DNA of 64,000 nt from Takakia lepidozioides (lineage: Eukaryota > Plantae > Bryophyta), in contig CM060734.1 of the NCBI GenBank assembly GCA_030704615.1, forward strand, positions 13,330,001-13,394,000, given 5' to 3'. The position numbers were made by a program, and so were the translations under genes. Every line of letters starts with the position of its first letter. Position 1 is the first letter of the stretch. The notes under the pieces are model-generated. The model had not been told where the DNA came from, ran no database searches, and saw nothing but the letters and a program-made list of their open reading frames with translations. Shown here piece after piece: positions 12,217-24,789 of this stretch.

Positions 12217-15200
12217 TTGGGGAGGTTGGTGCAGGCGGCATGGCACGTGAAGGGCGTGAGGACAGCAGATCCGGCAATGGAGGTTGTTGATGCACATGCA
12301 GTAGGGCCCGCCCACGCAAAGAAGAAGAAGAAAGCTAAGCACATGCAATCCCCGGCGAGAGAGCCGTCACGGGCTGCGGAGGGGGGAGTGAGTAGTGCGC
12401 GCGAGGGTGTCAGTTCGCCTCAATCAAAGGTGGTCGTCCATCCGGGCTCCCCTGCTGCTAGCCCTAGTAAGAAACAGAAAGCCCGTGAGAGGACAAAAGA
12501 GAGGGCAAAAGAACAGGCGAGACAAAAGGCTAGCCAGGAGGAAAGAGAAAAGGCCACTGAAGAGGCCAGGGGTGCCCAAATGACTGATGCCAATGTAAGC
12601 GAGGGACGCACAGAGACGGTGGATCCCTCCAAGACACCACAAAGAGGCAGTAACACACCGGTTACACCATCGCGGACAAGAGCAGCCCCCGCAATTACCC
12701 ATACGGTGGAGAGTGGAGGAGAGGAAAGAACACCACAAAGAGCACGGATTGTGCAAGTTCGAGGTGAAGCCGAGGAGATGGCAGTAGAGATAGGGAGAGT
12801 GCTCGAGGTGGTTTCGCCGGTGGTTCACCATGTTGAGGAGGATGACACCAAGCTTTCTGACCAGGATGACATCCTCCCGGACATCCCCAGGCCCCAAACC
12901 CGCAGCATACAGGCTGGATTTGGCGGTCCTGGTGGGCTGCCGGAGAACCCCTCTGCAGCAGACGTCATGTCGGAGGCGGATATGAAGTTGGCCGCTGCCA
13001 AGATGTTGGAGGCAACCCACAACAACATTGGCAGGGTGCTGGGGGGCATGGTGTACCCGGCCAAGCTTTGAATTCCCCTTTGCCGCTTGGTGTCTTTGCA
13101 GGTGGTGAGACCTGCCCTCCCAGGCAATATCGACAAGCTGAAATTCTCTTTCCGGGATGGTGCCCACACTTCCGATGAGGTGGACAAATGGGGTCCCCAT
13201 TGGCAAAGGCGAAATGAGGAGTTCGAGAGAACGATTGTTACTGATCCTCTTTTCCAGCACTTGTCCGGAAAGATGTTTTACGTGTGGGACGGCAATCATC
13301 GCCTCCTGGCATGGATGGAGCACATAGCCGAAGCCCACCCCAACGACCTCGATTGGCATTTCGCCGTGGAGTGTGTTGTGCTGAAGGTTGCGGGGCCCAA
13401 AGATCGCAGTCTTCTCAAAGCTGCAATGGCGGACATCAACTCGTAAGTTACAACACCTCTTGCTTTTGGACCCATCCAATTGTAAGTCATTTCATCGCGA
13501 ATCCTCATATTTGTTGTAAATTCCCATTTCAGAATTGTTTGATGGAAATGTGGCATTGCAGGGTGATTGAGATTGCCACCAACTTGTCCCATATGCTCTT
13601 CCGAGTGAAGGATGTCGGGAAGCTGGGGGTGCAAGAGTTTGCCAATTCGCTCAGTGCCGACCTCCTGCGCAAGTCGGAGGCAAAGGCAGACAGAACCTGG
13701 TATAGGCTAAGCATGGACGCCATGGTGGACTACATATTTCGGGTAAAGCTCCTGACTGTTTTGTTGAGCTAATCTGTCTCTCCTCCCCCAATAGAAGAAA
13801 AAGTGTTGAGTAGGATCTCTAATCTTATGTGCGCATTCTTGACAGACGAAAATTCAGTAGGATTTGGCACATGCGCGGAGGTTCTACATTGAGTCAGAGG
13901 AGAAGAATCTAACCCTCCCGGCACTCGAATCGTATCTCAAAGCTGCGGAGGTGAGGGCCCGCATAAAGTACAAGTCGCGGATGGTAAAGTACGTGGCCAT
14001 AGCTGATCCCGCCCTTGGTGCCGGATTTCTGGTGGAGGTGGGGAAGCACTACTCCCGCGCTCTGAAGCCCACAATGACATTGGAGAAGCAACATCGTCTA
14101 GCCACATCTTGTGTGGATGGTGCAGAAAAGGTGATACATTCTTAACCAAATTGTGGTGGCAACAACTCGTTTTTGTGGTGTTTGGCGGTTACGAATATGC
14201 TGGGTGGTTGGACAGACCCGGTGGCTCCAAATCTGGAATGGTTCCCAAAGTACAAGGGACATGTGGAGCTTCCCCAAACCGGACAAACTGTCTGACCCCA
14301 CATTCGACATGTGGATGAACCACATGACATGGTGGTTTCAGGTACTTCCCCACGCTTCGTTTGGCGCTTCTACTCTTGTAGGGGGTGGATTCATTGTATT
14401 TTTTCAGCAATGTGATCTGATGGAGAATCTCCACAGGTGATGACGAATGCGCAAGAGCAGCTGGACACACAAGCACATCAGTTCAAGATGGAGATTTCTC
14501 CTGCAGCAGAGAGCCTACGCGACTATGTGACGAGGTACTTTCTGCTCTACAAAACCGACCTATTCTTTCGGGAGATACCACATGCCCGCCGGAGCCACGA
14601 GTTCACCGACCAGCCGAACGCGGACAAAGCAGCAATGCGCCTTCTGTACAGGTACATACGCGATGCCTTCCTTTCAGTCCTTGCATTTTTCGCCGAATTT
14701 CCAGATCAGGGCTCTGAAAATGGCTAAGTCCCTAGGGTGGCCGGCCCTGAACTGGAAATTCGGCGCCATTTTTCCAGGTCAAGGCCATATGGGACTTAGC
14801 CATTTTCAGGCCGGACCTGGGAAAATGGCGCCGAATTTCCAGTCACGGCTCTGAAAATGGCTAAGTCCCTAGGGTGGTTGGCCCTGAACTGGAAATTCGG
14901 CGCCATTTTTCTAGGTCAAGGCCATATGGGACTTAGCCATTTTCAGGCCGGACCTGGGAAAATGGCGCCGAATTTCCAGTCAAGGCTCCGAAAATGGCTA
15001 AGTCCCTAGGGTGGCTGGCCCTGAACTGGAAATTCGGCGCCATTTTTCCAGTTCTGGGCCCTATTGCCCTTGTGGGACTTAGCCATTTTCGGGCCGGACC
15101 GGGAAAATGGCGCCGAATTTCCAGTCAGGGCTCTGAAAATGGCTAAGTCCCTAGGGTGGCTGGCCCTGAACTGGAAATTCGGCGCCACTTTTCCAGTTCT

Positions 15201-17938
15201 GGGCCCTATTGCCCTTGTGGGACTTAGCCATTTTCGGGCCGGACCTGGGAAAATGGCGCCGAATTTCCAGTCAGGGCTCCGAAAATGGCTAAGTCCCTAG
15301 GATGGCTAGCCCTGAACTGGAAATTCGGCGCCATTTTTCCAGTTCTAGGCCCTATTGCGGTTCTGGGACTTAGCCATCTTCGGGCCAAACCGGGAAAAAT
15401 GGCGCCGAATTTCCAGTTCAGGGCTCCCAAGATGGCTAAGTCCCTAGGGTGGCAGTCACCGAAAACCGAAATTCGGCGCCATTTTTCCATTTCTAGGCCC
15501 ACTCAGATCCGCCCCAACCTGGGAAAATGGTGCCGAATTTGCAGTTCAGGGACCTCATTGTGTTTTTCATGAATGCAGGTACTGCAAGTTCTCCCTTTTG
15601 GAGAAAGGTCATCTGTCTTTCGAGCCACCATTCTTCCTGGCATGGAGGAACCCTGGGGCTGACTCCATGTACACTGACGATATTGTGAAGGAGTGGCATC
15701 TAGAACATTTGCGTGATTGCCCTTGGTATGTGGACCTTCCGCCCGGCTCGCTCGACCCATCCGAGTTTCAATTGAAGCTGGATGCTGAGGCCCGACGAAA
15801 CCAGGCTCCGCTGCCTCCGCTGGGTGCAAAAGAGGCAAAAGCGCTTGCGAACTCCAGGAAAGCGGCAGAGCTTGCTCAGGCAGGAATTCAGGAGAAATTG
15901 AATGAGAAGAGTAAAGGCCAAAGGAAAAGGACAAGGAAACAGGTGAGTGCAGTAACACCCAAAAAACAGAAAACCATCGGGGCATCGGAGGAGGCGCAGG
16001 AGGGGACCCAAGAGAGTGACTCGGACGACGACTTTGTTCAAGGTCCTACGACTGCTATTGCTGCTACCCAGTCACCGGTCGTCCGGGTTCCCAAGTCAGT
16101 TCGGAGTGGGACTGGCTCTGCCAAGAAGTTGGCATTTGAGGGCGAGCCTACACGGCGGTATTCGGCGGTGACGTTTACGCACAGGCCAAAGCTAGAACCT
16201 CCAACCATCATCCAATGCGTCAATGAGAGCTTCCTTGACGCTCTTGCTGCCAGGGCGAAGAAGGTGGCACACAGCAAGTCTCTGGCGGAGCAGAAGGGGA
16301 AAGCCAAGAAGAGGGCTGCCGGTACAGAGCCTAAAGACACCCCTGGTTTTGAAGCCATGATGGAATTCTTCACGGCTGTGAGCACGGATTGCAAGAGCAC
16401 TCGGGGGGGGGGGGGGGTTGAGGTGGAGAGAGCTTGCGACATGATTCTCCTCGACATTCCAGATGGGGAGCTGCTAGAGGGCCTGGATGGTGTGCCCACC
16501 TGGAACAGGTTTACTGAGGACTACTGGAAAGCCGGGTTTGGGCTGGCGGGGATGCTTCTGGATGACGGTGGATGTGTGGTTGTCCTTGCCACAAGAGGGA
16601 AGACCACAGAGAATGCGGTGGCAAGGTGGACACCGAAAAGTGTCACCCCGATCCTCCTCAGAAAATGGTTCTGCATCAATACACAGGGGTTGCGAACAGA
16701 GGGCCAAAGTGTAAGTTATCAATCTATTGCATTCACCTCATATTGTGGTGTATCTAAACAAGATCCCAGAGTTGATCCCTCTTTTGTTGGATGTGCAGAC
16801 ATTGGTGTTTGAGGCATATTGCTTTGTGAAGAGAGGGTCTACGTTCAAATTCCGCAACGACGGTCGTCTTGTTGATGCCGTTGTGGACCCTGTTACCTAC
16901 GATGTCCTCTACAACTATGTGCCCCACTCCAGTATGCCGAAGGACACAAAGACAGGCAAACCGTGGCGGTACAGCCAGACCCGGAGCCCTGCTTTCATCC
17001 AAACCCTCATGGAGACATGCTCGGATGTCCAAGGGCGGATTCTGGACCTCACATGCGGCACGGGTAAGCCTTCACGTGCTCAGTTTGTCCCCTGGCCCGA
17101 TTGCAATTGCATGCCGCAAGCTATTAACCGCCCGCTTTGTTCCTCAGGTGCTTCAATGTGGGCAGGGACGTTGTCCGACAGGCATGTGTTCGCCTTCGAG
17201 CCAGATACTGCCCTCCACAACTCGGAACTTGTAGCGGCTGAACGTCTGCCGAAAGAGGAAGAGGCATCCTCGGAGGATGATGAAAAATCCGAGAAGGAGC
17301 AGGGGGAGGAACAAGTTGGGATCGAGGCGGAGGAGCCCCCGGTGTACGAGTGAGTGGTCGCATTGTAAGTTGCCTCCAGATTTTGTGAGGCACCTCCCTT
17401 CGCTCTCTTATTTCATTGAAAACCCTTTCTGCTTCTGCTGGTATTGTCATTCTTGAAGTGGATTTGTTCTTACTGTAGGATGCCAAGTACGGCAGGAAGG
17501 ACGTCTACACCGGAGTTCATGGGCAGGAGGAACGTGCTTTTTTTTGCCAGGGGGGATTTCATGCCTAGTCCAGAAAGGGACTACATCCTTCCTACTTATG
17601 CTGCCCGGCTTGCTTCGGTGTCCATTAGGAGTTGTTCCGAACCTAGTCGTGTACAACAGATTTTAGACGAGGCAAGCCTCAAGAAAATGAAGATGAGGGA
17701 GGAGGCAGCAGCTATTAGAGCCCGTCGGGCTCGTAGATTTGTGTTGGATTCTGCTGAGGAAAGTGGGGGAGAAGAGGCAGAAGATTCCCAGGAGGTGAGG
17801 TGGACAGTCCCCCAAGGAGAGGACGGCATTTTTGAGAGGCATACTGCAACCAATGCATCACAGAGCTCGGAGGATGGGGGGGATGAGGGGGATGAGGAAG
17901 AAGGAGGGCCAAGTTCCTCGGAAGGTGTAGGAGAGTAG
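12217..17938 (+). pseudogene. Multi-exon gene: ParB/Srx-like domain, helical middle region and beta-class N4C/N6A DNA methyltransferase domain
   Basis: Approximate exons 12235-13050, 13102-13442, 13562-13742, 13846-14130, 14216-14341, 14437-14651, 15579-16710, 16799-17063, 17148-17349, 17479-17938 with GT..AG junctions; FYVWDGNHRLLAW (13288); DMILLDIPD (motif IV, 16453), LLDDGG, and RSPAFIQTLM..CSDVQGRILDLTCGTG|ASMWAGTLSDRHVFAFEPD (motif X/I-II, after motif IV = beta order); one in-frame TAG at 13858; the 5' exon is uncertain (possibly 11392). Confidence 0.8.
14690..15545. repeat. Intronic tandem array (~137-146-bp units, ~6 copies) of interleaved inverted motifs
   Basis: Unit = GAAAATGGCTAAGTCCC / CTGGAAATTCGGCGCCATTTTT / GGGACTTAGCCATTTTC / AAAATGGCGCCGAATTTCCAG; lies inside intron 14652-15578. 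Confidence 0.95.
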
Positions 17939-18156
17939 TTCCCATTCCTGCTATGACAATTAGGACACACTTGTATAGACGTGGCTTGCCACCAAATTTG
18001 CAATAAAATGTTGCATTTCATTGCTATGACGAGTCCACATGACCCTATTTCCGTGCCTCCTAACCCTATTTCCGTGGACACAATTCGGCCCGCTCATGCT
18101 TTTTTTTTTTCCGCTCATGCTCATGTCGCTCATGAAATAGCAGCCCCCCAACTACA

Positions 18157-20330
18157 TCCAGGACAATGTTTTTCCAGGTCAAGGTGCCATCAAAGTATTT
18201 CGTTTCAAAATGTCGACTGCTGGGGAGGGCAGTGGGGTTAGCCTCGTGAAGCGGATGCAGAAGACTGGGGACCTGCAGAATTATATTCTTATGTTTGATC
18301 ATGTGAAACGAGTGAAAGATTGGACGACAATGGCTTGTCATGTCTACGATCCAGTGTACCAACGAGTTATGACAATTGCAGTTTGTGACATGCAATCCGA
18401 GGATACAGAATCCCAGAAGCTCATGTGGAATTCCCTGATACGTGTTATGGGCTGCCATGGGGTGCCATCTCCAAATTTCGCTGGTTTCATGGCAAATAGT
18501 GCTTAGGCAAATTTCAATGTTGTTCGAATTGTCTTCGGATCAGGCGACCCAAAAATGCCAATGTCGGGAAGAGAACGTACATGTCTATTCCATTGGACAC
18601 AATCTCTGGAGAAACATACAAAGTCAGACATCAAACCAGAGATGCAGACACAGCACCGTAAATTGTGCAAAGAGTACAAAGATGCTAGAACAATGAAGGA
18701 GGCGGACACTTTGTTCCAGACAATTCGTGCCTGGTGGTTTTCTTCTGGAGCTGCATCGCTTGAGAGTATGAGAGCATTGGAAGATTGGCTAGCGTTTTGG
18801 CACTTCCGGTACAGACAATGGAGAGCAGCCATGACAATGGTGCGAGGCTTCTATTGCTTGCTTTATTCATACATTTACTTTCCAAATTTTGCTCTCCTTG
18901 CTTTCTTTATGTTGTTCCCTGTGCACTGTTCTGAAGTGTAGTTCTCCACTTTGCAGAATATGTCCATTGAGGAAATGGCGGACATGCCATCTTGCAATTT
19001 GGTAGAGACTGTGCACAACGCATGGTTGCAACAGTCTGGGAAACGAGGTCGGGATTTGTATGTGGCAACAACAGATGATCTAATACATGCCTTGCAACAA
19101 CAAACCAGATACCGTGATTTCTTGCGAGGTGGGGTTGATGGCAAGGGTCCGGACAAACTGGAGTTGATGTTGCGTGCTGCAAGTAGATCTGGGGATCTAA
19201 GCAAGATAGCACGGGCGGTGAGCATGTATGCCCAGGGAACGCCACTTGTTTCTAGAGTTCCACATCTTGAAGGGGAGGAGAGATTCGGCTCCTGTAAGAG
19301 GAAATTGAACACCCCACCTGGTTCGGAATCCGATTCGCACAGGGCAAACCGTGATAACTTCTTGAAGCCTCGTATTCCCCTGCATGATAGATCCATGTCC
19401 GGAACCTCCATTTTGGAGGAACCTCCGACACGACGGCAGGCTCCAGCATCAAACAGTGCCACTAAAATGGTGCAAGAGAGAAACTACCCCCTTGATGTGT
19501 TGAAGTCCGCATGCCCCGACCACGTTTGGCACATAGAACGCACAAGTGCAGGGTCTTGTGTGAAATGTAGAGCGATCAGGGCAACTAATTTTGGAAAGTG
19601 CACTTCATCTATATCCAGAGGCGGTGCCCGGACTCCTGCTCCGACTTTCACGGGTTTGATGCATCCATACGGCCAACCAGAAACCAAGAACCACAAGTTC
19701 TGGTTCTGCGCAGACGATTGTGGTAGATGTGTGCATGGAAGTGTGCGTCCTTCCGTGGTGATGAAGCCAGCTCCTCCAACCGTTTGGCCCGTCAAGGTGG
19801 GAACATATCTCACAAGTCAGGAGATTGCAATGCTGGAGGAGGTAGGCTTTTCCCTTGCGAGACAACCCCAACTGCATGCATGTGCTTCTACTTCTGCATC
19901 CTCGGCAAATCCTCACTTGTGGCCAACCAAATGAGATGGAAAGCTGGTTCGGTGTTTCCCTCCAACCGCTAAACACTTCGGCAAAGTGGAGTCCGCAAGA
20001 ATGCTCCAAGCTTGTGTTGCAAGCACCACGGAAGTTCCCGATCCAGGATATGGTCGGGTGTACACAATGATCACTTCGACATCTGCTGTTCATGACAGGG
20101 CCTACGACATCACGGTTTCCGATTTCCCCAATTGCACATGTCCTGATTTTGTGAATATGCTATCAACCATTTTGGGCAAGAGAGGTAAATTCATACCCTG
20201 CAAACATTTGTATTTCATATTTTTGAAGATGATGGTTTGTGATCCCAAACGTGACAACTTCGTTCACCAGGCCACTCTGAGTTTCAACGAGGTCGATACT
20301 CTATTGCAGCGAGATACAACACATAAGTAG
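18157..20330 (+). pseudogene. Outer MULE-like transposase, C-terminal part (DDE core, Cys-rich domain, SWIM)
   Basis: MFDHVKR...FMANSA*AN...CLFHWTQSL...CNLVETVH; intron at about 18840-18957; SWIM CTCPDF...CKHL; stop at 18504 and a frameshift near 19934-19986. Confidence 0.88.
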
Positions 20331-22540
20331 CATCAACTATGCAATGTGGTATGTGGACGACCATGCTATGAAATGTGCAATTTGCAACATTGTCATGGAA
20401 ATTCAATTCAAATCAATTCGTTTGCAACATCGTCGGCGGTGCAATGATATGGCGTCCCTTATCCCTCCATTATGCTTCCAACTATACTGAGTAAGCTTTG
20501 AGTGGCAACTTTTAAGAGCACATGCATCATTGCACCTTTCGAAGTCTACATGTTTTCCTGTCGCTATGCACTGCAATCATCTTTTGAAGATGATCCTAAC
20601 TCTCATTGTTATTTGGGGAGGGAGCAAGGTCTTCCCGTGGCAGCCTCTATGGCGCACACTTTGTGAGGATATTTTTTCGTCCTTGTAATTGTAAAAGTGA
20701 AACAAACATTTGGGCCAAAGCATGGTACGGGCCATCCAAAAGCGGCAACTTGCAGTCCATAAAAAATGGACATGTGAAGTAGAAAACACAGCACGCGGGA
20801 ACGACGGAGGAAAAATTTGAATTAATTGTAGCCGTTGATTATTTTTGTACATCAAGTTACTACCGTCGATTGGAGGTCGCCTTCGTCGGGCATGTGGGTG
20901 GCTGGAAGATGGCTGGTCGCGTTGGGCTAGACTGAAGTGCGGGGACGACGAGCTGCCAGATATGACGCGCGACGCGCAACTAGAAGCTAGCTAAGAGGTA
21001 CGAGTTGATTGGGATTGGGAATATGAAGAGATTGGGAGGAGAATGGGAATGTGAAGAGATTGGGAATGTTTGATCACAAAAGTCTGCTTACCATTTTGTG
21101 GCCAAATTTAGGGTTTAGCTTGTGATTGTTTCATCAACTCTAAGTTTGTTCTCATTTCTGTGTTTCTGTGGGCGCGCTTGGATGGTGGCAGCAGAGGAAG
21201 CGGGCAATGCGAGCAGAGCTTATAAAGTGCAACACTGTGTGTTGCTGCCATAGCAGCGGAGGCACGAGGGTAGAGGAGTAGAGGAGGAGCTTGGGCGGGG
21301 GTGCTCGAGTGTGCCATCGCTGGAAAAGCAGTTGATTGTTGCCTGACTCTACCCTTGGTAAGTTTTGTTCAAGTAGAGTAGACCTTCCAAATCGACTCAG
21401 TGACTCAATGATTTGTGATTCCTCTAGTCGACATGCTGGGAGAGAGAGCCGGGGAGGGGTGGGCAAGGGAATTGTTTCCCGTCATGTGGGGCCTTTTTTG
21501 GCTCAGCCAAAAGAAAGGCCCTGCCCGCTACCAGGTTAGTATCCCAGTTTTGTGCACGTGAACATACTTTGTAGACAATAGGCAGGGAGAGTGAATAGCC
21601 TAGTCATATTATGGGGTGGTCACACTTTGTGTGGTCTGTAGCCTGTTCAGCCAACTTGGTGTCTTCCTTCAGGACATCTGCGCTGATATCTAAACTCCTG
21701 ACTCTATAGAAGAAACAGTTTTAGCTTCTCCAGTCCCTTACCAAGTGATATGTGCTTAACAAGTAAGCGGGGTGGATGTCACACTTTTCAGTAGGTTTAT
21801 CCGCCTGTACACAACCATGAACTACCTTCAAAATTGTCTTGCGACAGTGGAGGGTATGCACCACTTTGGAGTATTGTGTGATAGATTAATTGTTGTCATT
21901 GGTTCACAAGAGTGCTGACAACATACTTCCCGAAGTGTGTTCTGTACAATTTGTGCAATTGGTTAGTAAACTCTATTGTACTGCCTCTATTACCTTGGTT
22001 CATGGCCATTTTGTCAATGTGTACCTCTCCTTCTCACATGGTTTCTGCATGGGGTTTACCAGTACCTCACAGATTTGTTGATGCTTGTTTAGGCAGCCAG
22101 CCAGCCTGCTCGTCCTTAAATCCAATCTTCAATGATCTTGAGTAAAAGGTGTTGTTGGTACAGCTAGTTGTGTGAATATTTGGCAGATGGTGATAGTGGT
22201 TGTGTTCTCCAACTATGGCAGGTGATGCATGCATTAAGCAGAGGATCAAGGAGAGCTAAGTTTAGCTGTTGGGGACTACGTGGTTGTTCGTCAGGTCTGG
22301 GGCTTCAACTCTCTCCTGGTTCAAACTGCTTGTACTCTTGTTCACTGAAAATTCCTCTATCACCTGGTTGGGATGAGGACAAGGGGCTGCCCTTTGTCTG
22401 AAAATCTGGGGGAATTTTGAGAGGTTCAATTCTATCCGACAGAATCCCCGTTGAACGACTGAAATAGGGTGCAAACACAAAATCTATCCTTATCACTGCT
22501 GCTAAATGTCTTGACCAACCCTACTGTGTTTTGGGAACAG

Positions 22541-22666
22541 GTCTCTCCATCTGGCTGGTCAGAGGGAGAATGCAAGGGGAAGGCTGGCTGGTTTCCATCA
22601 TCATATGTGGAACAGAGGCAACGTATTCTTGCTAGCAAGGTGGCTGAAGCTGGCTCTGCTGTTTAA
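22541..22666 (+). pseudogene. Isolated terminal exon of a plant SH3-domain protein (SH3P2/SH3P3-like)
   Basis: After the cag acceptor: VSPSGWSEGECKGKAGWFPSSYVEQRQRILASKVAE, matching the C-terminus of plant SH3Ps; no upstream SH3P/BAR exons are visible. Confidence 0.75.
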
Positions 22667-23743
22667 CTTCTTATTACTGGTTAATTGCCTTTCTTGAATC
22701 TTGACAGTGATGCCTGTTTTGTTTATCCTTCTCTATGGTGTGTTCCTTGCTGGGTTGGTATTTCTCCATTTTTTTCCCTGCCCAGAGAAGGATATACTTA
22801 CGTCTTGTTAGTGAGTCTTGTTGAGCTAATTTTTGGAGCTAACTACTAGCAATTCATGTTGTAAAACCCTAAAATTTTTGGCTGCACAGTCATTCATACA
22901 TGACAGTTTGTGGGGTATGTGACCATTATGGTGAGGGTACCTGCACGACGAGGGTACCTGCTTACTATTACCTTTGTGAGGGGCTCACTCCAGTAGTTGG
23001 AGCTACCTTGATATAAACAATTGGTTGCAATATGTTGTGTCTGAGCTACCTAGCAATTAGACCCCAATAGGGCCAGGGCCTTAGGCTCAGAATCGATACT
23101 TTGAAAGTTGGTGAGCAGAGGTGCAGGGACTACACGGTCCTGAAGAGGGTGGCTCTCTGATGAGAATACCCCGGACACTGTTTTAGAAAATGGGTATTGC
23201 CTTCAGCGCGCCCACACATCGGGCATTGACAATCTCCCTTTCCTCTCTGCATGTGTTATTTGTTCAAGAATTGACCCCCGCCCTGGGGTTAAGTTTTAGT
23301 TTAATGCTGAGGATAGGTAGGCCTTTCAGCCTAAGGTCCACCCATGTCACAAACTGGAAACAAGTTCAGGGATGTTTATGCCTAACTTATTTTTGTTCAG
23401 GCATTATTCATGCTTCCGACGTGGCTTTAGACACTTCAGCCTCCAAATGAGCTTCATCCAGCAGGGTCAGTTCCTCCTCCCCAAACTTCAGGCACTTGAA
23501 ACATCTCCTCTACCTTGACTTAGCCTGTTTACCAGGACGGTCTTGCTTTCAAGAAATAGAGTCTGTCATCTTAGGGTATCTGGTATTAGGCACTGGGCCC
23601 ACCATCTGACCTTGAACTAACTCATGACTTTGAGAGCTCAAGGGTGGTGCGCCAAACTCGCCTTGAACAGCCGCATTAGCTATTGTAGAGCACGCTGACA
23701 TGCTCTCTTTGAGCAGCGAAAGCTGAATGGATTTTAAAGTCTA

Positions 23744-24787
23744 GGGGGAGCGCGTCGATGGGGAGGCAAATGATATATTAGTCTGTTGTGTCTCCGCACA
23801 TGTTCAAGCACATGCAGGCAAAAGAGGGGTTTCAACCACATCCGTTCAATGGGTGCAATAGCCGTGCATGCATTGCAGGATTTCTTTTTCGCATTGAACA
23901 AAAATCAGATGACAAATGAACGCCTCATTGGACAATCGAACGATTTTCGATTGATCTCGTATTACACTGGGACGTATCAGAGGGTACATTGAACACACTG
24001 GCCAAGTTTCAATTTTTGGCGGGGGAGTAGCCATGGGATGCTGGAAGCCGCAGAACAAAATCGATACGTGCCAAAAACCCCCACTGAAAGGCAGTGCAAA
24101 CCTATTTATTGGCTTAAAATAAATTTAAATTGTGGAATGGCTTGAGGGGGGAGCGCGTCGATGGGGAGGCAAATGATATATTAGTCTGTTGTGTCTCCGC
24201 ACATGTTCAAGCACATGCAGGCAAAAGAGGGGTTTCAACCACATCCGTTCAATGGGTGCAATAGCCGTGCATGCATTGCAGGATTTCTTTTTCGCATTGA
24301 ACAAAAACCAGATGACAAGTGAACGCCTCATTGGACAATCGAACGATTTTCGATTGATCTCGTATTACACTGGGACGTATCAGAGGGTACATTGAACACA
24401 CTGGCCAAGTTTCAATTTTTGGCGGGGGAGTAGCCGTGGGATGCTGGAAGCCGCAGAACAAAATCGATACGTGCCAAAAACCCCCACTGAAAGGCAGTGC
24501 AAACCTATTTATTGGCTTAAAATAAATTTAAATTGTGGAATGGCTTGAGGGGGGAGCGCGTCGATGGGGAGGCAAATGATATATTAGTCTGTTGTGTCTC
24601 CGCACATGTTCAAGCACATGCAGGCAAAAGAGGGGTTTCAACCACATCCGTTCAATGGGTGCAATAGCCGTGCATGCATTGCAGGATTTCTTTTTCGCAT
24701 TGAACAAAAACCAGATGACAAGTGAACGCCTCATTGGACAATCGAACGATTTTCGATTGATCTCGTATTACACTGGGACGTATCAGA
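23744..24787 (+). repeat. 403-bp tandem satellite, ~2.6 units
   Basis: Near-identical ORF starts at 23786, 24189 and 24592 (period 403). Confidence 0.95.
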
Positions 24788-24789
24788 TA

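Larger units (their letters stand above)
4365..18148. mobile_element. 13.8-kb Mutator-like DNA transposon carrying a transposase and a ParB-like/amino-methyltransferase gene
   Basis: Left end GAGGTTAGCTATTTCATGAGC vs right end (rc) GGGGGCTGCTATTTCATGAGC, 17/21 identical; flanks CGACTACA (4357-4364) and CAACTACA (18149-18156) form an 8-bp TSD with one CpG transition; subterminal ATGAGC and CGGWAATAGG motifs are inverted at both ends; excision restores the ORF KYDY-IQDNVFPGQG-AIKVFRFKMST. Confidence 0.9.

Noticed and set aside
2870-21000. Termini of the outer MULE
   Set aside because: No matching TIR/TSD pair could be found by eye, so boundaries are not called
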